NCBI RefSeq assembly: GCF_001194135.2
Contig: NC_068992.1
Coordinates: 33,587,195 to 33,643,209, forward strand
Source: Octopus bimaculoides
Taxonomy: Eukaryota
Direction: 5' to 3'
DNA length: 56,015 nucleotides
The notes under the pieces are model-generated. The model was not told the origin of the DNA. It saw only the letters and a list, made by a program, of their open reading frames with translations, and searched no databases. Of the stretch, positions 1 through 12,029 are shown piece by piece. The first letter of the stretch is position 1, and the number at the start of each line of letters is the position of its first letter. Made by a program: the position numbers and the translations under genes.

Positions 1-45
1 AACCCATGCTAGCATGGAAAGCGGACGTTAAACGACGACGACGAT
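1..45 (+). mobile_element. 3' terminus of RTE-type LINE (tail with GAC/GAT triplet repeat)
   Basis: aacccatgctagcatggaaagcggacgttaaacgacgacgacgat matches the 3' ends of the RTE copies ending at about 7638, 18960 and 46425. Confidence 0.8.
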
Positions 46-56
46 ATACATATATA

Positions 57-540
57 TTTGAAGATAAGCAACAAAAATTCAATAGGTTATAGCAGTACGT
101 ACGTTTCGTACAAGCTCCATTTATTCATGTAGTGAGAAAACCACAGAATGTACAATGAAAATGTATTCCTCAGCTGCATAATGGTATTTCATTTTAGAAA
201 GACATTTTGAAGATGTTTGCAAAAAACAAGAGTAAGAGAAGAAAACATACCATCTCGACTATGCTGCTGTTCAACAGATTAGTGAATCAAACAATATAAA
301 ATCTAATTGGAGGGATAGTAGTAATTTCAAAATAGAGGAAGGTAGATTAAGTAGTGATAGACAGCAGGCTAGGGGTAAATCAAGCATGAGCAAAACAAAA
401 AAAATGGAAATGGAAGGACAATACCCTAAGGATTGGTAAGAATTTGGAAAAAATTTAAGGTAAGGGCATTAAGGTCAAGGTATTAAAGAAAGATATCTAT
501 TCTACAGTATAATTAGAATAATACAATGAAACACTAAATT
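57..540 (-). mobile_element. PLE terminal (pseudo-LTR/3' UTR) segment carrying a hammerhead ribozyme
   Basis: About 57-330 is homologous to the reverse complement of about 44200-44430, which adjoins a PLE ORF. It contains an HHR and runs into an assembly gap at 543. Confidence 0.65.
87..181 (-). ncRNA. Type I hammerhead ribozyme with extended, branched helix II
   Basis: Minus strand reads ttatgcag CTGAGGA atac...gtac GAAA CGTACG TA ctgc(t)ataa. Helix I is ttatgcag/ctgc-t-ataa and helix III is the palindrome ACGTACGT. Predicted cleavage is after GUA (between 96 and 95). The first helix II pair is an A-C mismatch. Confidence 0.8.
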
Positions 541-642
541 ACNNNNNNNNNNNNNNNNNNNNNNNNNNNNNNNNNNNNNNNNNNNNNNNNNNNNNNNNNN
601 NNNNNNNNNNNNNNNNNNNNNNNNNNNNNNNNNNNNNNNNNN

Positions 643-2132
643 GCACACGATCTCAGATCAGGTCACTTGCTATGCAAGTACATCTCCGTGATTATGAAAT
701 AATATCTCCTTAAATTTATTATTACATAAATTACAAAAATTACTACCTATACGATAGGATTTCGCCTTAGAAACTATCTCCCGTTTTAAAACGTAGTTAA
801 TATTTTTAGATTTTAGTTCCCAAATATATTTACTAAGGCCAGTAAATTTATTATTAAATTTACATTTAGTCTTACCTCTACATGTACAATTAATTATATC
901 CTGGTCCACATTATTATTATTATTAAAATAAGTATTAAATTTAAATTTATAATACTTATTTAACTTAAATCTATTAAAAGAAGAGATAATGTTAGCAACA
1001 TTATTAGTCGTAGAATAACCTACACCAAAATTATTAGTAGAAAATATATTATAATATTTTTTTATTATCTCTAAGGAATATATCAATAACTTTTAAAATT
1101 ACCTTAATAATGTTAGTTTTAACTTGAACGCCGTATGGAATGATTAGCCAGAGTTTATTCTTATTATAGATATTATTGTATTTATTATTTGTATTATTAA
1201 ATTTATTATCATAAAAAAAATTAAAATTAAATCTATTATTGTTTCCATTACAATTATGTTTATGTAATTTAGTATCATAATACCTATTATTCTTATTATA
1301 ATTACCTAAGAAGACGTTATCATGAGTATAGAGTTTATGTTTATCAAAAAGATCATTACTATTATAATCATTACTAATAAAACTATAATTTGACTTCGGA
1401 TTATTAAAAAATTTAATATCATTAGTATATCCCGCCTCGCAAAGGGCTTTATTGTAATAAGGGTCATGTTTTTCGAAGATCTCTATATTAGATGAAAGTA
1501 AAGATATTCTCTTACCTATAGCAAACGGTAATGATTTTTTAAATGAGGGTGGGTGATTACTTTTCGCATGAATGTATTTAATATTTTCATTAATCTTATG
1601 GTAAGGTTGGGTTTTACCTGTAGATAAGTTAAAAATAGCATCTAAATAATTTATATTATAGTTTTCATTATAAATAGTAATCTTTAATCCATATCTTTTT
1701 AAAAATCTATATATTCTCTGCTTATATAATTCTAGCATTCTATTGGTGCAATTCTTAGTTAATAATAAAAGGTCATCCCTATATAAACCACCCTCCAATT
1801 TTAAGTTCTGAAAATAAATATATACCTACTAAATCAGTTACCTGTGCTGAATCCGGCGCCCCCATTGGTATATCAAAATAGTCCCTGGTATCTTTCTTCG
1901 CCCACATCTTATTATTATATATAATCAACGATTTCCAAGCCATTTTAACTACATTGACTTCGTTATAAGTCATACCTACCTTCTTCATTGCATAAATCAG
2001 GGCCTTATTAAGTACAATTTCATTAATAGAAGAATAATAATTATCAATATCTATTTGAATAAATTTATATCTATTTTCATCTATAATATTATTAAACTAT
2101 TTTAAAGTATCACTAGTACTATTCCATAATAA
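643..2132 (-). mobile_element. 5'-truncated, frameshifted Penelope-like retroelement, Naiad-like (RT plus degenerate GIY-YIG endonuclease)
   Basis: ORF pieces give RT motifs (IQIDIDNYYSSI, FDIPMGAPDSAQVTDLVG, LYRDDLL, YLDAIFNL, HAKSNHPP), a CxCx5C linker (CTCRGKTKC), LSKYIWELK and CNLC. The Naiad assignment comes from recalled clade motifs. Confidence 0.85.
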
Positions 2133-2210
2133 CTGATGAAGAGTTGAGGACCTTCTGTATTTTTGCATTTTCTGTTTACCTGTGTATTTAGTATATGTTC
2201 GTTTGTTTAT
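2133..2210 (+). mobile_element. Inverted PLE 3'-tail segment fused to the 5' truncation point of the Naiad-like ORF
   Basis: ctgatgaagag followed by a T-rich tail resembles the minus-strand tails at 14414-14540 and 46541-46630. It joins head-to-head with the minus-strand RT ORF. Confidence 0.55.
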
Positions 2211-2820
2211 NNNNNNNNNNNNNNNNNNNNNNNNNNNNNNNNNNNNNNNNNNNNNNNNNNNNNNNNNNNNNNNNNNNNNNNNNNNNNNNNNNNNNNNNNN
2301 NNNNNNNNNNNNNNNNNNNNNNNNNNNNNNNNNNNNNNNNNNNNNNNNNNNNNNNNNNNNNNNNNNNNNNNNNNNNNNNNNNNNNNNNNNNNNNNNNNNN
2401 NNNNNNNNNNNNNNNNNNNNNNNNNNNNNNNNNNNNNNNNNNNNNNNNNNNNNNNNNNNNNNNNNNNNNNNNNNNNNNNNNNNNNNNNNNNNNNNNNNNN
2501 NNNNNNNNNNNNNNNNNNNNNNNNNNNNNNNNNNNNNNNNNNNNNNNNNNNNNNNNNNNNNNNNNNNNNNNNNNNNNNNNNNNNNNNNNNNNNNNNNNNN
2601 NNNNNNNNNNNNNNNNNNNNNNNNNNNNNNNNNNNNNNNNNNNNNNNNNNNNNNNNNNNNNNNNNNNNNNNNNNNNNNNNNNNNNNNNNNNNNNNNNNNN
2701 NNNNNNNNNNNNNNNNNNNNNNNNNNNNNNNNNNNNNNNNNNNNNNNNNNNNNNNNNNNNNNNNNNNNNNNNNNNNNNNNNNNNNNNNNNNNNNNNNNNN
2801 NNNNNNNNNNNNNNNATATA

Positions 2821-2851
<31 letters not shown>

Positions 2852-2872
2852 TGCCTTCCATTCTTTCATGGA

Positions 2873-2965
2873 CAATAAAATAAGTACCAGTTGATCACTG
2901 GAGCCGATGAAACTGACTTACCCACTCTCCAATATTGGTGGTCTTTGTCAAAACTTGAAACCATC
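2873..2965 (+). mobile_element. SINE family B, 3' fragment
   Basis: ataaaataagtaccagttga...cttgaaacc followed by an (ATT)-rich tail; homologous to 7899-8085 and 22095-22300. Confidence 0.6.
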
Positions 2966-3240
2966 ATATAATTATTACTATTATTATTATATTTACTATT
3001 CTCCTTACTAGTGTTTAGTGTGTGAATAATAATAATGAGAACAATAATGGTAGTTATATTAATAATATTGATAATAATTATAACTGTTATCACTAATAAG
3101 TGAAACTATAACAATCAGAATACTAATATTAATTGGAATACTACCAGCAGTAGTGTTACTACTAATGCTAACAAATGACATGATGATTGTCATAGTACTA
3201 GTAATAGTATAATAACACTAATGATAGCACTAATAATGTT

Positions 3241-3260
3241 AATAATAATAATAATAGTTG

Positions 3261-3318
<58 letters not shown>
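3241..3318. repeat. (AAT)n/(ATT)n microsatellite
   Basis: Direct read. Confidence 0.95.
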
Positions 3319-3319
<1 letters not shown>

Positions 3320-3320
<1 letters not shown>

Positions 3321-5220
3321 TTTCTTTATTGGACACCAGGGCCGAACACAAACATATAGGACGATACACAGACGCGGGACAGTCAGGTTAAACGTGTAAA
3401 CAGCCAACAAACACAACGATTAACAAAGAGATTAAATCAACAATAGGGGGAAGTCCCACTGTAAAGTGACCAAAGGGACCTCACTCACTTTGGACCTCTT
3501 AACACCAAATTTCCTCAGGAAGGTACCCTCTCTTTTTCCTACAATCTGGCCTACAAGCACACACTTAGAGTAGGCCCATTCCCACAGGCCATTCTTGTCA
3601 CATTCACCCACTTTTCAAGGAACTTACTGGGTGACAATACCTCCCTTTCCAGCCTCAATTTCCTTTTCAAGTTGAACCTGAAAAAGTCAATGATGCTTTG
3701 GCCAAAAAGGAAAATATCCATCTTCAACCCTATCAATTGCGTCCACCACACCATCTCGTTTGCCATAGCCACCAGACAGAGAAAATTTGTCCTCCCTTCC
3801 TGATCAAAAGAAGGAGGTGGGGCAATCTTCATGATGAACTTGGATGATACCTGGATCCATCCTATATGTGACTATAACTGTTCGACAAAGCTCCACAAGT
3901 TAGTAATGTGAGGGACACTGTAAGAGAGCATGCCCCCACTCCAGTAGCACTGCTAGGCCAAGGATTTCTGGAAGTTATATATAGTTCCTGGCCCAAAAGT
4001 CTTCCAGAAGAGACCTGCCAGCTGATCCCCCTCAACGCCCAGGACCTCTCCTACCCTCCACATTCCTCCTTAGTTCTACTCCATTCGAGAGGGAAATTCG
4101 GTCTGGGACTTTCTCTAACTGCTCTAGCTTCGTGTGGAGAAGAACCTCCAAGGTAGACCCAACCCAAATTCTCCCTCCTCGATCTTTTAACATTCAGGAG
4201 ATTCTCTCCCCCGCCCATACAAATACAGGCAAAAATCCACCATAAATCCAAGCCTGGTGGGACTCCAGGTACCGTAATTTGTACCACTCTTCTTCCTATG
4301 TACATTGGGAAGAGGACGATTTCCTCAGTGTGATGCATGGTCACCAAGCTTTCTAACACCTGCCCCTCAGCCTTAAAAAGAATCTCTGTTCCGCCGTACT
4401 GCCTCGCTCTCTCACAATGTGGTGGGTATCCTGCCATATGTCTTTCAAGGCTTTTTCTACCATGTCGCGTTTAGCGTTCTCGAATTTTCTTGTTTTTGTG
4501 TTCACGTACCTGTAGACAAGTGTTTATTTGGCTGTTGCTTCAAGCACCTCGCTTGGAGGCATCAATTCTGCCCTCCTTCCATTCATTTTCATATATTTTG
4601 CTGCCATGTTTAGTTTTTCCATTTTGTTCTCCAATCAGATGATGACCAATTCCTTAGCTGCCGCGATATTTGCAAAAGTCACTTTCCCGCTGCTTACTCC
4701 ATTTTTTAGACTCTTTGTAATTGTTGTCATTGTTGCTTTTCATGCTACTACAATTTCCATGTAGTGAGGAAGACTTTACTTCTTCCTTCCTCTCGCCTTC
4801 TTTCTGCTTTTCATCTTCTTTCTTCTTTTCTTGACTCCTCACTTCTTCTTCCTCTTCTTCTTCCTCCTCCTCCTCTTCCTCCTCTTCTTCTTCTCTTCCT
4901 GCTGTCTACTGCTAATCGTGGTAGGGAGCACAGGGAAGTCCTCGTGCAAATTACCTTACCTCCTTCCTTCCTCACTCCTGCTTTTCATCGTCATCTTCAA
5001 TGTTTACTTTCTTCGAAACAAATTTTCGGAAAAATTTGAAAACAAAAGGTTTGTATCGCCTCCAATATGAAGCTTTGGTTAACAAACGTCAGTCCCCACC
5101 GCGCTACCCCACCAGAAAGACAGCCGGCTTGCAAAACGATTTAAACAACAAAATACCTCATAGAACCTTTTAAACAAGTGAATTAGTCAAATTTACAGCA
5201 CTCCAAAAACACATATCCAG
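3320..5220 (-). mobile_element. Internally deleted Tx1/L1-like non-LTR retrotransposon (ORF1 remnant joined to ORF2 C-terminus)
   Basis: ORF1-like RRVVQITVPGVPPG...VEGRR at 4050-4440, then the ORF2 C-terminal region (HALLQCP, LWSFVEQL, LRLEREVLSPSKFLEKW) at 3551-4040, then the 3' UTR and an (AAT)n tail. No APE or RT motifs are present. Confidence 0.7.
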
Positions 5221-5228
5221 GTATGGTG

Positions 5229-5261
<33 letters not shown>

Positions 5262-6429
5262 GACAGGAAAACAAGAAAATAATGACAGGATTCAGGATGC
5301 ACCACCCAAAATCTGACATACAAAGGTTATATATACAACGTATAGAAGGTGGTAGAGGCCTTATAAAGCTAGAAAACTATTACAAAATAACCACCATATG
5401 ACTACAAAAATACCTACTTCAGAAGCATGGAAAAGAATGCAAATAGCCACAAAACACGAACAAAACAAAAAACCTGGTTTCAGTCTTTAAAAATGCTTAC
5501 AAATATATACAAGAAGTCATACTACCTAACAACTATGAAGAAAAAGAAGAAACAATAAAAGCTGTAAAACAACTGATATCCAAACTAAAACTGGAACAGC
5601 AATGGATCATGATGAAACGGTGGCAAGAAAAGCCCCTTCATTGAAAATACTGGGTTAAAGTAAACGCAAAAGAAATAGACAGAGCAAAATCCCAGCCATG
5701 GCTGAGAAGCACAGGACTCAAAGTAGAGACTGAAGGATTTTTAATTGCTGCACAAGACCGAAGCCTCTCCACCAGAAATTACCCAAAACATAATGAAAAG
5801 AGACATAACAAGTAACTGTAGAATATGTGGCGATGGACAAGAAACAATAAATCATATTATCTCTGGCTGCCCAGTCCTGGCTAAGAAGGAATACATTCAC
5901 AGGCACAACAGAGTTGGGACCTACATATGCTGGAAGCTATGCCAACACTATGGAATAACAACAGAAAAAAGATGGTATAGGCACATGCCAGAAAAAGTCA
6001 CAGAAAACAAGAAAGCAACCATACTATCGGATATGAACACAGATAGATACTTGTCAGAGATCATCAAGAAAAAAAAAACTTTCTAATTGATGTATCAATA
6101 CCAACAGAGGACAACGTTTCTCTAAAAGAAATGGAGACCTAGAAATAGAGGCAACTCAAATGTGGAGTCTAAAAACAGAAGCAATTCCTATCATAATAGG
6201 CGCATTAGGTATGATAAAAAATATTCATGACAAAAACGCCAGGACTAACAAATATATATAACATACAGAAAATTGCAGTACTAGGCACCGCACACATCCT
6301 ACGTAAAACACTTTCAATACAGTGATTATAAGAGCATCACAACAAACCACAGCACATACCCAAGGCACACAGAGCTGCGCTCGGTAGTGCTGTGAAATCA
6401 CGGGATAAAAAATAAGACTACTGAATAAG

Positions 6430-6430
<1 letters not shown>
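5262..6430 (+). mobile_element. R4/Dong-type RLE non-LTR retrotransposon, 3' part (pseudogene)
   Basis: HPKSDIQRLY..GGRGL, CCHC zinc knuckle (CRICGDGQETINHIISGC), RHNRVG, and the restriction-like endonuclease region LIDVSIPTEDNVSLKEME..IPIIIGALG. Flanked by (AAT)n on both sides. Confidence 0.85.
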
Positions 6431-6610
<180 letters not shown>

Positions 6611-6614
6611 AAAC

Positions 6615-6815
6615 AACTATGACAATTTGAAGTGGGAAATACAACGGTTATAGTCAATGAAGAGAACAGACGTGATACCAATAGTAACTGGTGAACTTGG
6701 AACAATCAGCACTGAACTACCAACATGGCTGAAAAAGATTGATGCAAGTGTGAAAGTAGAAAACCCGACAAAAATCAGCATTGCTTGGAACATTTCTATG
6801 TACAGGCACTTGAGA
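6615..6815 (+). mobile_element. Short 3' fragment of a second RLE-type LINE subfamily
   Basis: LKWEIQRL..DVIPIVTGELGTI..WLKKI, then (after a frameshift) QKSALLGT, matches the RLE C-terminus. Confidence 0.6.
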
Positions 6816-7289
6816 ATGAATGAAACTGAAAATAGATGAATGAAGAAAAGAATGCAAGAAGGTTTAATTCAGTTTATACATGCACAGTCCTTAATAAACT
6901 CCAAAATTTCAACAAGATTTATACTAGAGTAGATCTAGTATTAATTTTAAGCAAAGATTTTCTGCTCATTTAAACTCATTTAAATATGAAACACATAGTA
7001 GATCTACTTCTCTCACAGAACATATACACTACCTTAGGAAAAAGAATGTACCACCAAATATAGCTTGGTTCATCATTGATTCACGTTTTCCATACCAAGG
7101 CCAAAATGGCCCCTCTTGATTATATTTGAGGTAATCAATAAAATCCTATCACATAATGTCACACAGTTATTAGACAAGTAACATGAAGCCTTCTCTACAT
7201 GTGTCCATAAAATTTTTAAATCATTTAAATTTTACAAGTCTAATTGCAGTAAAACAACTACCTCTGTTTCTCACTGATATATAGTTTCG

Positions 7290-7638
7290 ACGAGTGTGAT
7301 CGTTGCCAGAGCACCAGCTGTCTGGCTTCCATGCCGGTGGCACGTAAATAGCACCATTTGAGCGTGGTTGTTACCAATGTCGCCTTCCTGGCATGTGAAA
7401 AGACATTCGAGCGAGTTCGTTGCCAGTATCGCTGGACTGGCTCCTGTGCAGGTGGCACGTAAAAGCACCCATTACACTCTCGGAGTGGTTGGCATTAGGA
7501 AGGGCATCCAGCTGTAGGAACTCTGCCAAATCAGATTGGAGCCTGGTGTAGCCACCTGGTTCGCCAGTCCTCAGTCAAATCGTCCAACCCATGCTAACAT
7601 GGAAAGCAGACGTTAAACACTGATGATGATGATGATGA
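7290..7638 (+). mobile_element. RTE LINE 3' UTR fragment
   Basis: Homologous to 18540-18960; ends ggaaagcagacgttaaac then (GAT)n. Confidence 0.85.
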
Positions 7639-7898
7639 TAATATATCTACATTATCATCATATCCTTTTATCTTTTATTTTATAGATTCTCTCCTTTTTG
7701 CCTTAATTCATATTTATGCATCCCACCTAGATCATAATTGATCGACTACCTATTTGGTTACATCGTTACTGTTATTAATTGAACACCACCAGGCCTTCTC
7801 CGCACTGGGTAATAATAAATATAATCAATTTAACTTATCATATTTTCTTTCATTGATTTACTTGTATGACATCTATTGTCCATTGGCAACTATTAATG

Positions 7899-8085
7899 AG
7901 GGCAGCGAACTGGCACAATTGTTAGCATGCTGGCTGAAATGCTTAGTAGTATTTCGTCTGATGTTATGCTCTGAGTTTAAATTCCACCGAGGTCAACTTT
8001 GCTTTTCATCCTTTCGGGATCCATTAAATAAGTACCAGTTATGCACTGAGGTCAATGTAATCGACTTAATCCCTTTGTCTGTCTT
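7899..8085 (+). mobile_element. SINE family B
   Basis: gagggcagcgaactggca...aataagtaccagtt...aatcgacttaatccc; related copies occur at 13340, 22095 and 33541. Confidence 0.7.
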
Positions 8086-8086
8086 T

Positions 8087-8571
8087 GTGGTGACAAATGG
8101 AGTTAAACAAGGGTACATACTTGCTTCAGCACTCTTCTCTTTCTATCTCACAGCAGTTTTGAATATCATCTTTGAGGGATTCAGTGGTGAGATTTACATC
8201 CAGACAAAGCACGATGGTGATCTGCTCAAAGCTGCAGAGTATGAAGCCAAGACATGCACTACAAAGGCCTTAGTGCAAGAGATGCTGTTTGCTTATGAGA
8301 GTGTGCTGGCTGCTCACAGCATTGAAGATATTCAGAAACTGGTAGATAACTTTGTCAGAGCCACACAATAGTTCAGCTTAAAGAGCAGCATCAGAGAAAC
8401 CAAATATCTTTGCCAACCTGTGGATAAAACTACCTTCCCTTGTAACAGAAGAAAACACTGCTATTAGACCTGAAAGGTTGGCCCAGTGCAAAGAATTCAA
8501 ATACCTAGGTAACACCATCTCAGATAATGCATGACTGGACCAGGAAATCACATACAGAATGAGCAGAACTA
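8087..8571 (+). pseudogene. RTE-BovB-like RT fragment (near-identical duplicate of 12198-12671)
   Basis: NGVKQGYILASALF, MLFAYES (degenerate FADD) and EFKYLGNTI; in-frame stop after RATQ. Confidence 0.85.
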
Positions 8572-9850
8572 TGTTTAGCACCCTGTGAGCAGTAAAGAAA
8601 TAAATTATTAATGTATTTGCTTCATCCCTGGACCCAATAATTTTACTCTACTAGAACTTAGTAAAAAAAATTATTTGTACTTATTTTTGTCATTTAAAAA
8701 TTTTAATTTCTTTTTTATATCATTTATGATATTCCCAATGAGCATACACTTTCATTTACACTACAAATTAAAAATTTTTAATTAATATTATGAACATCAA
8801 TTTCTAGCACCATTATAACCAAGCAAGCTCTAATTCTAATTCTCCCCTCACCCCCAGTCATATCATACTCACTATAATTCAAAGCCTTCATTATCTTTTA
8901 CAACCATTTTATCGTCATCCTAACCCTCTCCCTCCCACTCTTGCTATCTAGGAACTCTGACCTGCACTGGTAGTCAGCAATGAGAGGAAAGCATCCAACA
9001 TCTACTATTCTTCATCCCTTATATATGTATGTGCATACATCCCTCTAATCTCTTTTAACAAACATGCCCTCACTGTATGGACTTGTATATACCAATTCTA
9101 ATGCATCTACTATTTTGTCTTTCCTCCTATTAGTATTTTATAACTATTAAATCCTAATTCATTCTCAGTCCAAAACTGGAACTGGTGACTTCTAATATTT
9201 CTTGCCATGGACTATCATCAAACATTCTCCTTTAGAACTGCGAATGGACCTTACCAATAACTTTATGACTTTATTATCTATTCAATAATGGAACAGCATA
9301 ATGCATATTGATATCACTCTGATATCCTTCCTCTATTTTTGACAAACTGGAAAGTACTAATATCTATGGTTGGGAATATTTCTTCATTTTTATATTTTTC
9401 TGACATCTCCCTCTCCTATGACAGAATATATCATCTATGGAATCCTTATTCAATAGCGTAATCCACAAGCTTGGCTATTCTAGAAACATCTGTGAGTAAC
9501 TGTATCTGTTTATATTCTTTATCTAAATTAAATGTTTTTTTTAAGTGATGCCAAATATTTTAACTTATCATTTTTTTATTTTAACCTACATACATACATA
9601 CATGCACACACACACACACACACACACATACAAACACACACACAAACAAATATATATACATATATATATTTACATAAATATATATATATACATATATATA
9701 TATATACATACATGCATATATGTATATACAAATATATATACATATATATATATATGCATGTATGTATACACANNNNNNNNNNTATATACATACATATATA
9801 TATACACACACACACATCTATATGTACACACATATATATACATATACATA

Positions 9851-11109
9851 TTGGGTCATCCCATAATTAATGTGTTTTTAATATTTTTATTTTTCAAAAT
9901 TAAGATAGACGAACTTCATTTTTAATCTAAAATATACTCTCCTTCCTTTTCTACAATGCTTTCCCATCTATCTGATAGACTCTCAAGGCCCCTCTTCCAA
10001 AATTCACTTGTCTGTGATGAAAAATACTCCTCTAGTACTGTTCTCATCTCATCAACAGAATTCATATTTTTTCCATCCAAATGATTTTGAAGACTCTGGA
10101 ATAAAAGATAATCAGATGGAGCAATGTCTGGCAAATATGGTGAGGGGGTGGGGGCAATGTTTCAAACTACTCCAGCCTTTGGAATGTCATCCTCGCTGTA
10201 TGTGGCTGAGCTTTATTCTGATGGAAGAACACTTTTCATCTTGAAACCAAAGATGGTCGTTTTACTTCTAGTGCTGACTTAAGCTGCTCAAGCTGCTTGC
10301 AGTAGATCTCCTTCGTTAACATTTTGCTTGGGCTTAACAGTTCAAAGTGGACTAAACCTTTCATATCCCACAAAACAGATAACCACACCTTACGTGGGTG
10401 AAGATTTTCTTTAGCCTGGGATGCTGGTGTTTCTCCTTTCCTGACTCATTGTCTTCGACACTTGACATGTTTATAGAAAACTCATTTCTCATTACCAGTC
10501 TCTATTTGGTCCAAAAAACGTTCATTCATGAGACATGACAGCAAAGAAGAGCACATATCCACTCTCTGCACACGGTTAGCCTTAGAAAGTTTGTGAGGAA
10601 TCTACTAATCTAATTTGATGGCTTTTCCAATGGCATGCAGGTGTCAATGAATGGTCAAATAACCAAATCTGAGCTTCTCTGCTAGTTCCTCAACAGTTAT
10701 GATGGGATTTTGTTCCACCAGAGTTTGCAGGATGTCCATGTTGAGCTCTACAGATCTTCCATGATGAGGCTCATCTTCTAGGCTTGGAATTTCTGAAACC
10801 ACCATTGACACTGGTTTACATTTATTATCCAATCTCCATCTACTCCATTAATATTCCTCACACTTTTGTGTTGTTGTCTTTATTGAACTCATAAAGCAAA
10901 ATATCCTGAATATGCTCCTTTGTCACGTCCAATAGCTTTGAAAAAGTAACTGTTAAAATCGAACTTTCTTCAAAACTTGCTCTAATTATAAGCTTTATGT
11001 AAAATTACTCCCTGCTTTTTTAGCAAGTTGATGCAGGTAGTTTATCCCACCCCCTCAGACTTTTAGTTCAGGCAATTGGAAAAACTGCAGTGTTTATGGG
11101 ATGACCCAA
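9851..11109 (-). mobile_element. Mariner (Tc1/mariner) DNA transposon relic, about 1.26 kb
   Basis: Perfect 16-bp TIR ttgggtcatcccataa at both ends, flanked by TA. Transposase remnants are SLEDEPHHGR..VEELAEKL (HTH region) and PDIAPSDYLLFQSL..EGEYILD. Confidence 0.9.
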
Positions 11110-11342
11110 TACACACACACACACACACACACANNNNNNNNNNNNNNNNNNNNNNNNNNNNNNNNNNNNNNNNNNNNNNNNNNNNNNNNNNNNNNNNNNN
11201 NNNNNNNNNNNNNNNNNNNNNNNNNNNNNNNNNNNNNNNNNNNNNNNNNNNNNNNNNNNNNNNNNNNNNNNNNNNNNNNNNNNNNNNNNNNNNNNNNNNN
11301 NNNNNNNNNCATGCATACATGCATACATACATACATACATAC

Positions 11343-11424
<82 letters not shown>

Positions 11425-11719
11425 GGCCTTGTAATGGGTATGTATGAAGGTAGCTGTATCAAGAGGCACTGATCTCTAGATTGTAGAGGGAACATGTGGA
11501 AGGGGCAGGCTCAGGAAGATGTGAGACAAATTGGTGAGAAAGGATCTACAGACATTTGGAATCACAAAGTGGATGACAGGGGACTGGGATTCCTGACAGT
11601 TTGCTGTGCTTGTAAAGACACATCAAGCTAAGTAAAAGCATAGTTGTCCTTGCATACAGGCTGTTCCCTGCATCCCTCTCCAGCTAAGCATTCCTAACCT
11701 TGCATGTTTGTGGGTGCTG

Positions 11720-12010
11720 GTACCACATAAAAAGCACCTGTGCCTGTGCTGCATAAAAGCACCCAGTACACTCTGTAAAGTTGTTAGTATTATGACATCC
11801 AGTCATAGGAACCATGCCAAAACAGACATTGAACCTAGCCCTTCCTAATGCCAACCATTCTGAGAGTGTAATGGGTGCTTTTACATGCCACCAGCATGAG
11901 TGGCAATTTTCGTGACACCAATATCTGCCACAACTGTGATTTTGCTCAGCTTGATGGGTCTTCTTCTCAAGCACAAATTTCTCATCACAAATGAACATGT
12001 GGGATGCAGA
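11720..12010. mobile_element. Degenerate RTE 3' UTR fragments in both orientations
   Basis: cataaaaagcacc..acactctgtaaag on + and cctaatgccaacc..gggtgcttttacatgccacc on -. Confidence 0.5.
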
Positions 12011-12029
12011 AACATATGTCATGATACAT

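Noticed and set aside
670-2130. Selenocysteine-encoding (UGA/SECIS) Naiad
   Set aside because: The Cys motifs are encoded by normal Cys codons, the stops look like ordinary nonsense changes, and no SECIS is visible before the gap.
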